Shown: piece after piece, positions 14,102 to 28,375 of the stretch
Layout: every line of letters begins with the position of its first letter
Position numbering within the stretch: position 1 is the stretch's first letter
NCBI RefSeq assembly: GCF_000150275.1
Contig: NW_002060948.1
Span: forward strand, 3,113,183 to 3,177,067
Length of the DNA stretch: 63,885 bases
Direction: 5' to 3'
From: Trichoplax adhaerens
Lineage: Eukaryota > Animalia > Placozoa
Notes under the pieces: generated by a model
What the model saw: the letters and a program-made list of their open reading frames with translations, nothing else
What the model was told of the DNA's origin: nothing
Database searches by the model: none
Made by a program: the position numbers and the translations under genes

Positions 14102-14369
14102 TATTGATTTGTTCAATAAAATGTACAATTGAAGAAAGTCAGTTATTCACAGCCTTGTCTTGACTATTTAATTTTAGTGGGATCTCTTTGGATTTGAGAA
14201 GATCTTTTCAGTTGTGGAGTAAAAGCTTACTAACGCTCATCAATCAGTGTAGCACTACTCGGACCTACTGGACGGATCGTAGTATCACAGATTCACGTCG
14301 GACGGAGTTCCCTAGTGCGCATGACCGCCGAAAGAGTCTGACTGTGTGAGTCGAGTGTGGTCCGAAACG

Positions 14370-15405
14370 ACTACAGTACTCTAGTCCCTAGTACAGTACA
14401 GTGTACGGTATTACCCTTTCACAGTACTGTACTGTACAGTATACTGTAGCCATTGACAGTACTCTTTAGTATAGAGACGATCGATTTTAAATTGAATGAT
14501 TTTTTTTTTTTTTAAATTAAGTGATATTACGTTGAATCTGTTACTAAATTCTGCTTGGAAAGAGTTCTGTAAGATCGTAGATGTTATTTAAATTAGTACC
14601 AGTGATTTAGAAAACAGACACGGAAGATCCTTGCTAAGTTGTACAGTAAGTAGTACAGGGACCCATTTTTCGATATACTGTATTATTATTCTTATTCTTA
14701 TAGCAACTGCTGTACGATAGTGCTGTAGACGTCGAGCGATTGGACGTCCAACGGACGTTCGATTTTGGACGTTCGGTATGTACGTTCGTTGTCAGATCGG
14801 ACGTCGACGAACTGTACTGTACAGTGTACAGTGTACAGTACAGTGTATACAGTCAGTTTGTATAATCCCACCCCAATACTATACAGTACTGTACAGTACT
14901 GTACATACAGTACAGTAGTACAAACTTCTTTTACAACACTTTGTATTTCAGAGTCATGACTACAGTATACTGTACGCTGTTACGTACTGTACTACTGTAC
15001 TGTATGTACAGTGTACAGTATAGTATAGTCTTATACCGTACTGTACAGTACAGTGTACACTATATACTGTAGTGTTAACACTGTACACTGTGTACGTTGG
15101 TACGTTCAATGAACGTCCGACGTTCAAATTGGACGTTCGTACGTTCGTTCATTAAAACTGGCGAACGTCCACAGTACTACTGTACGATAGCGGTTGCGCG
15201 AAATAAAGTCTTCATTAGTAAGAAAAGTCCGTCTGTCTGAGGGAATGATCAGTCCAGTCCAGGTCTTCATCTAGTAGTCCATGGGGCTTTCAAATACAAG
15301 TACAGTACTGTGCGAACAAAATCTCGACACTGGGTAACCTACAGTACAGTACAGTACTGTACACTGTACTGTACACTGTACAGTAGAGTAGTATCGTTGT
15401 ACACA
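14370..15405. repeat. TACAG/TACTG simple-repeat cluster in FARSB/MRPS24 divergent intergenic region
   Basis: Dense ACAGTACTGTACTGTACAGT-type runs at ~14385-14460, ~14810-15095, ~15300-15385. Confidence 0.85.
14718..15179. mobile_element. Non-autonomous hAT-like DNA transposon (MITE), 462 bp
   Basis: Exact 8-bp direct repeat CTGTACGA at 14710-14717 and 15180-15187; imperfect TIRs TAGTGCTGTAGACGT... / ...ACGTCCACAGTACTA (revcomp TAGTACTGTGGACGT); many GGACGTTC/ACGTTC subterminal motifs at both ends; no coding capacity. Confidence 0.75.
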
Positions 15406-15430
15406 TTTAAAGTTGAGCACACGCAAGGTC

Positions 15431-16017
15431 ATGGCGACTCCAAGACTGTGCAGGACAAATTCAAATCTAATTTGTTGCTTTCAAAAGTGTCTGAATGTAA
15501 GTGCTATCGCTTATTGCTATGCAAAACAATTTTTAAATAGAGAAATTGACTAAAGGATCCCATTTCTATTGTCACACTATAGAATATCCATGCTCCAAGT
15601 GGATTACAACGTGCTGGTATTGCTACCACCCCTATAATACTAGGGACCAAAGCCAAAAGGCCACCCCGAGGTGTTAACCTCGACAAGCGAATTCGACCAT
15701 ATCGTTATGGCGTTACTGTAGCTTCCGAATCACAAAATACTGGCTGTATTAGTGGTAGCCGACAATGGACACGAGAACGCATCACGGATGATTTAATGAT
15801 TCGTTCTTTTATTCGCGGTACTTTCCTACCTTTCCTCGATCACAAGCGTCAAACTGTCGTCATTAAACGCAAGCTCAACACCATTATTGTAGCCTTATTT
15901 GTTGTTCCACGCGATCAAATTAGTCGAATTTATTTCTTAGTTGGTTATGCTGAAAAATTAATGGGTGCTATGTTTGGTTGTAATGTACAGCTAGTGTTGC
16001 AAACGGGCCATTACTAA
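15431..16017 (+). CDS. MRPS24: Mitochondrial ribosomal protein S24 (uS3m), two exons
   Basis: Exon 1 MATPRLCRTNSNLICCFQKCLN (basic, presequence-like), GT-AG intron ~15497-15582, exon 2 in frame ...QNTGCISG...ERITDDLMIRSFIRGTF...VVIKRKLN...IYFLVGYAEKLM...CNVQLVLQT matching the MRPS24 pattern. Confidence 0.88.
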
Positions 16018-17574
16018 TATGAAATGAAGAATGGAAGGGATACAACGTATGGATTGTACAGCATACTGTAATATTCTTTTGACTAAAATTATGCCCGCAG
16101 TGGCAACTGATTATATTATTGGCTGCAGACCTAGTCTATCATTGTATTAAAGCACATTTTGGTCAATAGCTACAAATTTCCAACTTTTATCCTCAGCTAT
16201 GAATAATTGAAACTAGCAGAATAGAATTTTTATATCTTGTAGCCATATGCTACACATCTCTAGAATAATTGACATGGAAGAATAAATGAATCTCTGTAAT
16301 GTATCATAGGCAAAGTTTTAAATAATATGTAAAAGCAACGATAAAAGGCTGTGTTTATTCTATGATAGCACACTCTTTTGCTTGTATTTCTAATTTTAAT
16401 TCATTTTGCTATTGCTTTGAAGTATCCTGTGAAATATCGGATGCAGGAAATTGCTAATAAAAGGATATAAATTCAATTGTCAAAATTTGGTATGCCATTT
16501 ACGCGTATCGGGGTTGAAAATGCTAATGAAATTTTGCAGATGGCGATGGGCTTACGGATTCATACAATAATCAATAAACTTTCAGATAAATATCCAATAG
16601 TTTTATAGTCAGTTTATTGCTAACGGTAACTTATCAATTTTTAGAAATTATCAATGCATGATTAATCTTGCTCTCCCATTTATACATTGAGTGGTACGGT
16701 ACGTCTTCGAAATTGGAGATTCTATTGTAGCAATTCAATACACTCGGTTCATTAGTTATAAGCATATAAGAGATGCTACTGTAGTTCACACTCAAATACA
16801 TTATGGTCACCGTTAGGTACAATAATTTTAGTTACAAAAGACAATGATGTTAAAATCGAAGGTTTATTGATATAGTAAAGATTGAAAATAACTGAAATAA
16901 AATTCACACAAGGAATGTCCACACATGCATAACTGAAAACCACAAAGTTTAGCGTAAATAAGGGAGACCACTATCTTTATATGAAACGTACAAGTAATAA
17001 TCCAATTGAATTTCGGCACAGCTATAATTATCAAGAGATTGCCAATGTCGTGTTCAATATTAAATATTTCCACTTGAGTTTTAGTTATCACATAAATACT
17101 CAAAATATTGACAATAATATAACCAACATTTGATAAGAAGGGGTTCACTCTGTAGAAATGCTGCTGCTACAAGCACATCTATTAAATTTCTCATCATCAG
17201 TCTACTTATCGTAACGAATTGAAAACCTAACTTGACCATAAAAATTTTAAAATAAATTAATAAATCTGCTTTCACTACTATATTGGGTCGCAATGATGGT
17301 ATTGTGATATAGGGGCTAGCTAAAACATTCATATTAGATAAAGTACGTGTTCAACTTTATCCTTAAGCTCTGCTGTTGTCGTTTACCGCACTACATACTG
17401 ATTTATAAGTCCTTATACAGTAGGTATCTTCAGTTACAAATATGGCAATGCCGTATCCTGCTTCCAAAACAACTTACATATTCTCTTTCTAACAACAAAT
17501 GTAAAGCATGAAGTATAGCTATAAATGAAGTAACATATTATTTGTACGTTATTTCATATTTATAATATTAGGTT

Positions 17575-19201
17575 TTAATTTTTCTTGAGAGTTGGTACTT
17601 GAATAGATACACCCGCTGATGCCATAATTGCTCGATATTTTTCGGATTGGTAATAATCAGAGGGAACTTCTTCTGGAAATTGAGATAACTTAACCCAAAT
17701 GGAATTTTCCTCAACTTTGACTGCATGAACACGTTGTTTCAAGCCTTTTGACTTTATCTTCCCTTCATTAACAAATAAACCTTCACCATTATCCAGAGCT
17801 ACCACGTAACGATGCCATGGGCAACGAATACATACACGACCACCAATTTCCTACATTATTAAGCAAAATATTTTACATATTGAAATTTCTTACGTAGAAC
17901 CTTCCTTAAGGAACACTATTAAGATATTATTATAACCTTTAGTCCCTTAAAGTGAATTATATAATACATTATTAAACATATCAAGTGTGAAATTAGACTT
18001 GGTTTTCATGAGACATTTTGCTGAAGTAGGTAAGCATACACACTAGTACGGATTATTTCATCGATGAATTAACTACTAAGTATCTTCCTTGGTCTCACAG
18101 TATACTATGTCAGCACTTTGGTGCAAAAGCACTAAATATTATGTTAAAAAATATCATACCACAGGTAACAGCCAAATTCTACTTCGTATTAATTCACACA
18201 TCCTTAACTGATATCTATTTCATACAATTTATATCGATAAAGTGCGATAATCCTACCTACCTCGATATCGCCCATGTCCAGTGGCCCTCCAGTGTCTTTA
18301 AGGGTATTAAATAAGTAAATAAACAATTTCTTTAAAAATTAAGCCTACGACTTGTATGATTTCCAATTTAACATAATTAAGTGCAAAACGCTCATTCTAC
18401 TGAAATGTTTTGTAGTGGTGTAATATTGACGGTACAAGAAAAAATAAAACTATTGTAACTTATAAGGGTATCAATCTTCATATAGAACAATGCGAAAAAT
18501 CAGCTAAAATTATGTATCTACTTTCAACAATAATTATTATAAGTGTCTATCACCTTTTACTACTTTATAAGTACTGAAGACAACAGAGAACGGACTGGAT
18601 TTTTTTTATCAATTTTTCCAGATCCGACTGCTAACTACTGCAGCAAGATCTTTGATCAGTGGTAAAATTTGCGTTCATATAATGCTCTAATATTGACGAT
18701 CAACTTGAAAATTACACTATCGAATAATATAAAGTTAAAACTTTAAAGCATTCAAGCTAGAATCATCACTGAAAATCAATAAGGCGTAATCAGCACTATC
18801 GCATTTATAAGATATATATTTTATACAGTTTATATCGGCAAGCTGGGTCATATAATAAGCAACTATCCAATTGTAATCGATATAAAAATCATAAATGTAG
18901 ATGTCAAGATAATTTATTGTTAATGAATGAATGAATGCATCAATTAAGATCAGACTGAATTGTCACACAAAGTGTAGGGTATAGGGTAGTATTATCGCTT
19001 ACAATATACAGATACGACATAGTCATAGTTAATATGATTCTATAACTTACGATAGCATTGCTGATCCATGGCATAGAGTATACCACGGCAATTAAAGATT
19101 GCTAAATTTCGGTTATTTACAGTAACTTTAATCGCTCTCCTGCCACGAATAAGATCTAGCGATCCGACACTGACATACTCATCATTTAACTGCTCTGCCA
19201 T
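17575..19201 (-). CDS. RFESD: Rieske [2Fe-2S] domain-containing protein, three coding exons
   Basis: MAEQLNDEYVSVG...LYAMDQQCY(H) / TGGPLDMGDIE / EIGGRVCIRCPWHRYVVALDNGEG...SKGLKQRVHAVKVE; CxH and CxxH Rieske ligands intact. Confidence 0.9.
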
Positions 19202-20946
19202 ATCTTATTACCTTTACTTAGCAAATCGTAGAATACATGTGTATCCTTTCGATACCTAACAAACGACCTATATTAATATATCAGTAGTGTCAATTAGTAA
19301 TCTGTTCTTCAATCATTCTTCTAACATTATTTACAACAGCAAGAGAAAAAGACCTGTGTTTATATAATATCTAGAATCATAGGAGAATGTAGTAAATATA
19401 TTGTTTACAATAATAAGACAGAGTTCTAAATCATCGATTAATTAGAGCACAGCAAGCGCAATTTTAAATCTACAACTTGGAAATTTACAACCTAGTTTAA
19501 ATGATAAGCTATCTGCTTACCTAGTTACAATTTACCTTCCTATTTTTGAAATTTTTGATGATGAAGTAACTTACTCTAGCTATAGAAAGGAAATCAAACG
19601 GTTACATCTAAATTTCTCCTCATATTCTAGTATGAGCTCTCCAACGTACAATATTGCATGGAACTGCACTGCATAGCGCATAGTGATGTGGTAGCTGGGT
19701 AGAACTAGTGCCGTACCGCTTTTTCAGTACAGCATCTTCTGTTAGTCCGATCATCTTGACGTCCGGGCTTTTTTTGAAAAAATGAACTATAGTGCCGAAA
19801 TTCCCTTAGAACGGTATTACTGCATATACTGTAGGTGGTCAGCATTGATATATAGTTTATGCAATATAGGACTATATACGAATTTATGCGAGTATATAAT
19901 TACGGAATATACGTATACAATATTATATGGAATCGGATCAAAGAAGCGTAAATAAAAAGAGAATACATATTTGCTTATCTTCACTCATATCCAATAAGCC
20001 TCTAAAATCAGAATTTAAGATTCCTCAACTGTTGATAGGTCAGGACTAGACAAAGTGTACACTGTACATGGATAGGCAGTAACTGTTTACCGCTACCATA
20101 AAGCAATTTTCATGTTCTTACGTTTACATTTCAAATCGATGAAATGTAGTGTTATCTAGATATATATGAGTGTATGATGTGCATTTATCATATACGAGTG
20201 TTCGAAACAATACGTCTATATTTTAAATAGTGGACAGAATAATGACACGGATAAGACAATCAGGTCCACTGCATATCGATACGGTTTTATTCATAATTAT
20301 CCCAATGTTTTCTTGCGATATTTCTGTACATTCAATTAAAATTATCATAACCAATCAGGCTATGATAACAGCATACATGTTTCAAAATATAAGCATTAGG
20401 CTTTCATTGTAGAAAATCAATCACCCGCAACGAAATTTATGACTACAGCAACGCTGAACATGTACATTGTACAGTATCAATTCGATATTAATCTCTACAC
20501 AGTATGTAGGGTAGTATTTACCTAACTTGATAAGTAAAATAATCTCGAATTTATACGAAACATATATTCGTAAAATTCTTCGTAAAGAAAAGATTTTTAT
20601 AAAAATATATAGTAGGCAATCAGATAATCAGAGATTACGAATCAAGTATTAGATAAGCAATACAACACCGCACAATACATGACAGCTTGCAAATCATATA
20701 ATATCTTTCAACTCAATGTGTGTTCCAAATAAGTTTTAATTGTAAATTTTACAGTTAGATGCGCATATTATAAGCAATAACTGCTGTATATCGTAGGTGC
20801 CACTAGCTATCCGAATTGGAAGCTTACCCTAATGCAGCAAGATTTTTTAAAACAATTAGAATGATTAATTTATACTTCAATATTTCTAATTCCTTAGGGC
20901 AATTATACGAGCAACTGTAAATATTGATAGCTTTAACGTGATAATT

Positions 20947-23900
20947 CTAAGAGATTTCCTTTTCCATAATCCTTTTAAATTCTGCGAATCCTCCTTCGAG
21001 CCTTTTTAATTTACCACGCCCAGGGCATGTCCAAAATTCGTTACAAACTGATTCAACTAGATATTGATCGTGAGATACTAATACCACACCACCCTATTTA
21101 CAAGAACACGAAAAATAAAATAAATTTAAATTAACAAAATAAACTATAGCCTAATTACGTAATCAGCTATATAGATTAAATCCTATACTAATACTCATGT
21201 TGAGACGTAGGATATGAAAAGGATTACAGTAAGTACTGGATTTTCACAAAACATTTATGAGATAGATACAGATTAATCAGCATCAGAACATATCAAATAG
21301 AAATTTTAGTACCTTGAACTTTGACAAGGCTTTACCCAGAGCTTCAACACTTTCTATATCCAAGTGATTGGTCGGTTCATCCATAATAATTACATGCGGA
21401 CTTATCATAATATGAAAAATTGCCATTAAGTGATATACAGTATGTAATAACTTGTTAAAATTTACTATAATAATCAAGTCAAACTTTAGATCATAAACAA
21501 ATAATAGCACAGTTGCACAACATACGTTTTCCAAGTCATCAACGCAAACGCTGTGCGACTTTTTTGTCCACCAGAAAGTGTATATACCGGTCGAAGAGCA
21601 AGATCTCCACTGACACCAAAGCTACCTAAATGACGTCTATATTCTTCTGCTTTGCTTCCTATCATGTAAATGTAATATGCCTTAGGAGATAGTATTTGAT
21701 ATATTGCTACAAGCTGATAGTATACAAGCGGTGATTCCATAATCTCGTAGCTATCCATTTCCAATACTCACATTGGTATAACACAAAATTGTTGCACTTA
21801 CCGGGGAATCGGGCTTGTAAAAGCTCAACAGAAGACATCTTCATATCCATCTGATCAACATGATGCTGGGAAAAATAACCTACCTTCAAGTTACTAGTAA
21901 GAGTTAAATAAAAAGCAGTAAATTAAGCAGTTACTCTCGCTTTACAGTTATTAACGCAAATGAAATGCAAATTCTATGAACAAAAATTTATATATCTATA
22001 CCGGTGTGCGCGTCTATAACCTTCTCCTGGAGATAACTCGCCAAGTAACAATCTAATTAGAGTAGTCTTGCCAGTACCATTGGCACCAATCTTATAACGA
22101 TATCAAATAGTAGCAACAATCAAATTAAGAAGTGAAATAAAACTGATAATTTTCAACTGCTGCCAACGCACATATATACCACACTATCCTATACTAAGAC
22201 AATTTATACTTACAATAGCAATTCTGGAGTCCATAGTAACACAGAAATCTAGCTTCTTAAATAATTGTAAGCTAGCTTCATAACCGAAGGTAACCTTCAT
22301 AAATTGCAAATCAGTTTAGAACCCTATTGAATTACTTACGTATAGCCTACATTATCAGTACACAATATCATATTTGATACTTTCTATGCTTACTAAATTT
22401 TCAAAATAACGATAGTACTATGGTAACGCTGTCATTGATGCTATAACTTTTCATAATGCATGAGCGATAGTAGATTGCAAACATAGCTACCTCATCCAAC
22501 TGTAAAATAGGAGGAGATAAGGCGTCAGGCATCGGGAATCTGTAATAGCGTTATAAATAAATTACGGATTTAGAAAAAGACAATTAAATTTCTAGGTGAG
22601 GATATCATGAATTCTCCACAATTAATCAAATAAACTTACTTCAAAACTACTTCAGATTCTGACTTTACTGGAGTTAGTACTGGCCTATTTAAAAAATATT
22701 TTATCATGATATAGCAAATCACTAAGGCAGATTAGGCAAATTATCATATAATATATATGTATTACTAAATAAGCTTACAATTTTTCTAAGGCTTTTATTT
22801 TACTTTGCACTTGCGATGCTCTATTAGCGTTGCATCGAAAACGGTCAATAAATATCTAGAAATTGATAATAAAAGTTAAAAATAATAAATGCCGAGCGAA
22901 AGGGGGAGAATTGAAAGTAATTCCCAACAAATTTATTATCGATTCTACTGTAAATACTACGAAAAAATTAAGAAAGATACGGCCATGCTTTACTCTAATA
23001 TAACACTATCGACAATCTTGAATTCTCGATTATAACTATTGTAGTTACGATTGAGCTGCAAAGACGGTAGTGAGATTTTCCTCAACGCTACATAAACCGC
23101 ATTTAGATCGTTGTAAGAAAAATTTTACTACGGCTGATAATATAATTTATTTACCTGAAGATGTTCCCGGTATTGTATTTGGGCTTCATATTCTCGTTGT
23201 TGATTCTTTAATTTTTCGGTCATCGAGTTGAGAAATGTCTAAATTGATTCATTGTACCAAGTTATAGAATAACTTTACAGACACTTTCCCATCTATGATT
23301 CTGGCAATGTATCATTGTAACCAACCTCATAATTTCCATGATAGCTATCGAGTCTTTCTGAATGCATATGAATGATATCCGTTGGCACAAAGTCCAAGAA
23401 GTTCTTATCGTGAGAAACCGTTAACAAGATTGTCGGCCAGCTCTATGGTGAGATAACAGTTAGGTAATGTTGTGAAATTTACATGGTCTAAGCCAGAAAT
23501 TATAGACTAACAAGCAAATAATTTTCCAGCCACAGAATAGCCTTGATATCTAACATATTTGTAGGTTCTTTATAATGAAATTAGAAGAGTCAGTCAAAAT
23601 TTGTGCAATATTTCACGCATAAAAAATTGATCTCTTGTAATGATAATACATAAATCAAAAACACTTTACCATCCAACAGAAGTAAATCCGGCCTATATCA
23701 CAGGTTTGAGAGGAAAGAATATACCAATGATATAAATTATTGATAGAAAATGTAAAATTCATGTAATGAAGTTACACTTACTCAACAAACAGTGCGCGTG
23801 CTAAAGCTAGTCGCATTCTCCAACCACCTGATAACTCTCTAAATTATAAGTAAATAGTCATAACAGCTTAATTTTTAATCATGTCGCTAGGTATATATAT

Positions 23901-26833
23901 CTTACATCTAACAAATAGTTATGTTTAGATTAATAAACAATATCTTACTTTGTAGTCTTTGTTTGCATCTGAGTAGAAAATCCTAAACCTTGCAGAATTA
24001 CGGAAGCCCTAAAAATTAAAATGAATACTATTTTTAAATAATTATTTATAAATTTGATAATACAAAACCATTCATATGCGGTTGTAGTCTATTCAGTTTA
24101 TTATAAAATTGACCTTGCAGGTGCCTTATCAGCTTCAATTTCACTCAATTTTCCATAAACCTAGTAAAAATCTGGGAGTCAGGTAACTTTAACTACTGAA
24201 AGATGAAAGTAAAAGCAGTACAATCTTACAAATGATAGACGTTCGTGTAAATTATGATCCTCGCTACCACTATCCCTGGGAAATAGTAAAGAAATACCTT
24301 TAATACGCATAAACGTTAACACTACCAAAAATGTCAAATATTTCATGGGAAGATAAGGTTTTTTACTTTGAATTAACTTGAAGATTAAGTTCTTTCTCTT
24401 CACGAAGTAATTGCTCTCTTTGCTGATCACATTCGAGTACACTTTGCAAGACTGCAGTATCATCACCAGCTACCTACATGACAACAAAAATTTAATTATA
24501 ATACAAGAATTAAATTCCTAAATCAACTTCAAACTCTGTAACATCGTCAATATATCGTCTTACTAAAAAGAAATTTTTACCTCTTGCTCAACGTGAAGGA
24601 CAGTAAAATGTGATGGTATTTTCAACTCTCCTCTTGAAAATTTTGAAAAGTGAATTTAAGTAAGAAATATAACGTATTTTCAAGGGCAATAAACGTTATA
24701 TGGAAGGTGTGTTAAGAACAATACCCTGAGATTGCGCGCAGTAAGGTTGTTTTTCCGATTCCGTTTCGTCCAACTAGTCCATACCTTCGACCACGAACTA
24801 AAATCACTTCAGCATCTCGTAAAAGAGTCCTGGCGTTGAAATATTATCATTATAAAATGTAATTGAATATCATGTTCTACATACATTTATAAATGCTAGA
24901 CCAAAGAGAAATCTAATTACTTTCATACGTTTTCGAATTTGTTACTACAAAAGCATCCTATTCTAAATCACATTTTAAGCAATATTGGAGAGTTTACAAT
25001 ATTGTCCTGTACATAGCTGCGCTTGTCATAGTAAAATTTTTTACAAATCAGTAATTTCTTACTATAAGATAAAGATGAATACGTGTCTAAGCATGGTGTA
25101 AGACCCAAAATGCAGTACTGTATATACGACATATATATTTATGATCTTTATGTTCTAGTGTACGATTTCAACTTTAAAACTATTTCATTCTCAAAGGAAT
25201 TACTACCCTACGTCAAACAATAATGGATACCGTTAGCTATCATCTAGTAATCCAAGATGAATGATGTAAATATGCATACCTATCAGCGTAGGAAAGATCA
25301 AAATTTTGGATATTAATGTCAGCCGTTTTAGCTCCACTAGAGTCCAGCTTTGCTTCACGTTTATTTAATGCTTGGCTTGCGATAACTCCGCCATGAAATG
25401 AATTACTAAGTAGACGAGTAATTGTAAATCAAATGATGAGGTAATACTTAACGTTAGCGAAGTAAATTAGGAACTAACTATACCTATTAGAAAGCTGCCC
25501 TTTATTATCAGAGTCTTTTGCAGCTCTCTTATCTTGCTTAGCTTTCATGCGTGCTTCAGCTTTTTCGAGTTTTTTCCTATCTACAGCCTACACCCAAATG
25601 AATACTTTACTATTTATTATAGGTATCGGTATATATAAGTGCTAAATCGTATTACAATATAAGCCCTAGGATTAAAGTAGAACTGACCAAATAAATGTTG
25701 TTGTGAATAAAAGGATTTACTTACAGATACATTAGTTTGTGCGGAAAGCCAAATATTAGACTGTATAAGGTCGTCCTCTAGATGTAAGATGTAATAGTAA
25801 CATGAGATTAGTAGAGTAAGATCGAATTCAAGAAGAAAATGACATTAAGATTGTTATGCTGTATATACCTTGTTGACGTGCGATTTCTCCAAGATGAATG
25901 GAGTTTTGTAATCGAGATGTAGCGGTAACCTCGTCTTCTGGATCCCTACAGTATCATAGTAAATATTACAGAATCAAGATGACCAGATTACTATTGTAGG
26001 ACTAGATAAAATAACTTAGACTGTGAAAGCTTACTTCGTATTTAATTTAATCAGATCGCAGCATAAATTTTTAATCGTGTCATCATCACCACCTATTTCT
26101 TGCAAAATGTCACCGATAGCATCATACAATTCGTCGTCGTTATTGAAATCTTCTCCATCAATTATTCCTTTATGAAGATAATCCAAAGGAATGTTAGAAA
26201 TGACGGAAAAGAATAAGTGATAACATACAAGATAGAGAGAGCAATATGACGTTCCTAATTTATTACAGATTGTGTGACAAGCGATGATTCTAAATTGCAA
26301 CGACTGTTCTAGCTATAACCACGAATCACAAGAATGCGAATAGTCTATGCTAGTAGGTTATCAAGGAAAGCTACACCAGTAATTTAGTCCTGTTATAGTA
26401 CATTATGATTCTATGATATGAATCAACAGCGACATGATAGAATTTACCTTGGTCAATTCTGAACTCTTATTATAGCTTAATACGTGTGTACTCTGTATTC
26501 AGGGAGCACAAATATATTATAAATGAATTTCAATGATAACTTCTAGAAAGCTTTCCATTGACATTTTTTTTTTTATTTCTACTGAATCCATTGCCACGTC
26601 GAATGAATGTATAGTACTATACTGTACTGTACAGTACAGTACACCATCTTAGAATAGTTCATGATGCTACTGTCTAACCCTAGTCTATGATGTTAGTAGA
26701 ATCAAACTAAAGCTAAAGTATGTTCATTTTATAACCAATAATAAGCAGTAAAGCTCTTACCATTTAAGTAATTAAACATCTCATCGTCGATTTGAGGAAA
26801 TTGTCGGAGAATTAATTCGCCGGCAGAAGCCAT
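20947..26833 (-). CDS. ABCF3: ABC-F family protein 3 (GCN20-like), multi-exon
   Basis: N-terminus MASAGELILRQFPQIDDEMFNYLNG, Walker A GRNGIGKTT and GANGTGKTT, signatures SGGWRMRLALARAL and LSGGQKSR, DEPTNMLD / DEPTNHLD, LTVSHD / VLVSHD; no TM domain. Confidence 0.95.
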
Positions 26834-27455
26834 GATTGATAGTAGTTGTACTGTAGTAGTGCGAGGCGGAGGCGTTTTACGCTACACCAGCGTGCAGTAC
26901 AGTATTTTACCTTGGTGTCTAACGTGCTATGTACTGTAGAAATGTACTGTACACTGTACAGTATATGCGATACTGCTGTAACTGTACCTGTGTTCTCTTT
27001 GATCTCTATGGCAGACAGCTTTCACATGACGGTGTTCCAAGAAGTGCCTTCCAAACTACTTTATAGTACTGTACACTGTAGAGTCATGGTACAGTACTGC
27101 GCAAAACAGGACTCTACAGCGGCGACACAGTAGAGTGTGAAGTAATTATTATTATTTTCGATGGCACCCCTTCGTTCAAAAATTAAAGTTGTATGCAATT
27201 CCTGTATAATATTTATATATATACATGTAGAAGGATATCTCCACTGATACAACTACATATAGAATTGATCTAGTTTGGGCCTGATTTAACTTACACAATT
27301 ATATCTTTTTCAGGATGCTATCGAAATTAATCAAGACTGTACAGTGTACAGTACTAGATCTGCATGTACTGTAGTTCATGCTCAGAATGAATGACTATAG
27401 TGTATAGGATATCATCGTCGACTTAAACCACCATACTGTAATACAGAGGCTACTC

Positions 27456-27497
27456 AAGAGAGAAGAGAGGGGGAAGAGAGTCCCTCTCTTCTCTCTT
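27456..27497. repeat. Perfect 16-bp purine/pyrimidine inverted repeat with 10-nt loop
   Basis: AAGAGAGAAGAGAGGG (27456-27471) ... CCCTCTCTTCTCTCTT (27482-27497). Confidence 0.9.
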
Positions 27498-28147
27498 TAG
27501 TAATTCTTACTGTACTGTCGATGTTAAAAAATATGAAATAAAATTCTCTTTGGGATTACATATGGATTACTAGAAAAAGTACTCGTAGAATGGCTAGAAA
27601 CTATGCAGTCATGCAGTACAAGTCCTTCTGTATAGCACTACGCAGTATCAGTACACTGTTACTTATCAACGACTTCAAGGCACATTGATGCGCAACCGCA
27701 ACAGAAGTGATTCAACCGTTTTCTGATGAGAAATCGATGAGAATTTGGACTATTTCTTGGCAGATAGACAGACAAAATTTATTTTATTTGTTCAAGATCT
27801 GCTCTCCTACCTCGACAGCAAATAGACATCATAGCAAACTTAAATGTACTGCAACAGTACATATCGTGTGATAGAAATAATATAGAATTACAATTGATGA
27901 AATAAACCAAAGACGGGCTCGGCTCAATAGTCGATAGTGACTAAAATTTGCTTTGCCGAATCCTCCAATCCATCTTCTGAAATTACATGACTGTGTACAG
28001 AATGCTGCAAAATGATTCAGCTACTATCGGTAGACCCCAAGTATTCTAGATTGATAGTACAGTAGTGTAAATTACTTTTACTTATGAGGAGTATGCAGTA
28101 AGATGAACGCCATGCCTCTTTCGATTAATCTCGTTGCTATCACACTA

Positions 28148-28375
28148 CCTTAGCTATCTTCTACAGTATTAGCAGAAGAAGGGGAGATCAGACAGACGAC
28201 AATTGTTACAAATAGTATCTCGCTTTTACAGGTACAGTAAGACCTTTGAACTTTCTGGCACTGCCTTAGCTATCTTCTATTAGCAGAAGGGGAGATCAGA
28301 GAGACGATAATTGTTACAAATAATATCTCGCTTTTACAGGTACAGTAACACCTAGTAACACCTTTGAACTTTTTG
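28148..28375. repeat. Tandem duplication, ~115-bp unit x2
   Basis: CCTTAGCTATCTTCTA...GGGGAGATCAGA...TTGTTACAAAT...TCTCGCTTTTACAGGTACAGTAA...CCTTTGAACTTT present twice. Confidence 0.9.

Noticed and set aside
14765-14959. Short STVQYCT-rich ORFs (also 15310, 26846, 40074-40967, 62871)
   Set aside because: Translations of the TACAG/TACTG repeat, which lacks stop codons in several frames
19241-19250. GTATCCTTT, U12-type donor consensus
   Set aside because: On the strand opposite RFESD, with no plus-strand gene to use it
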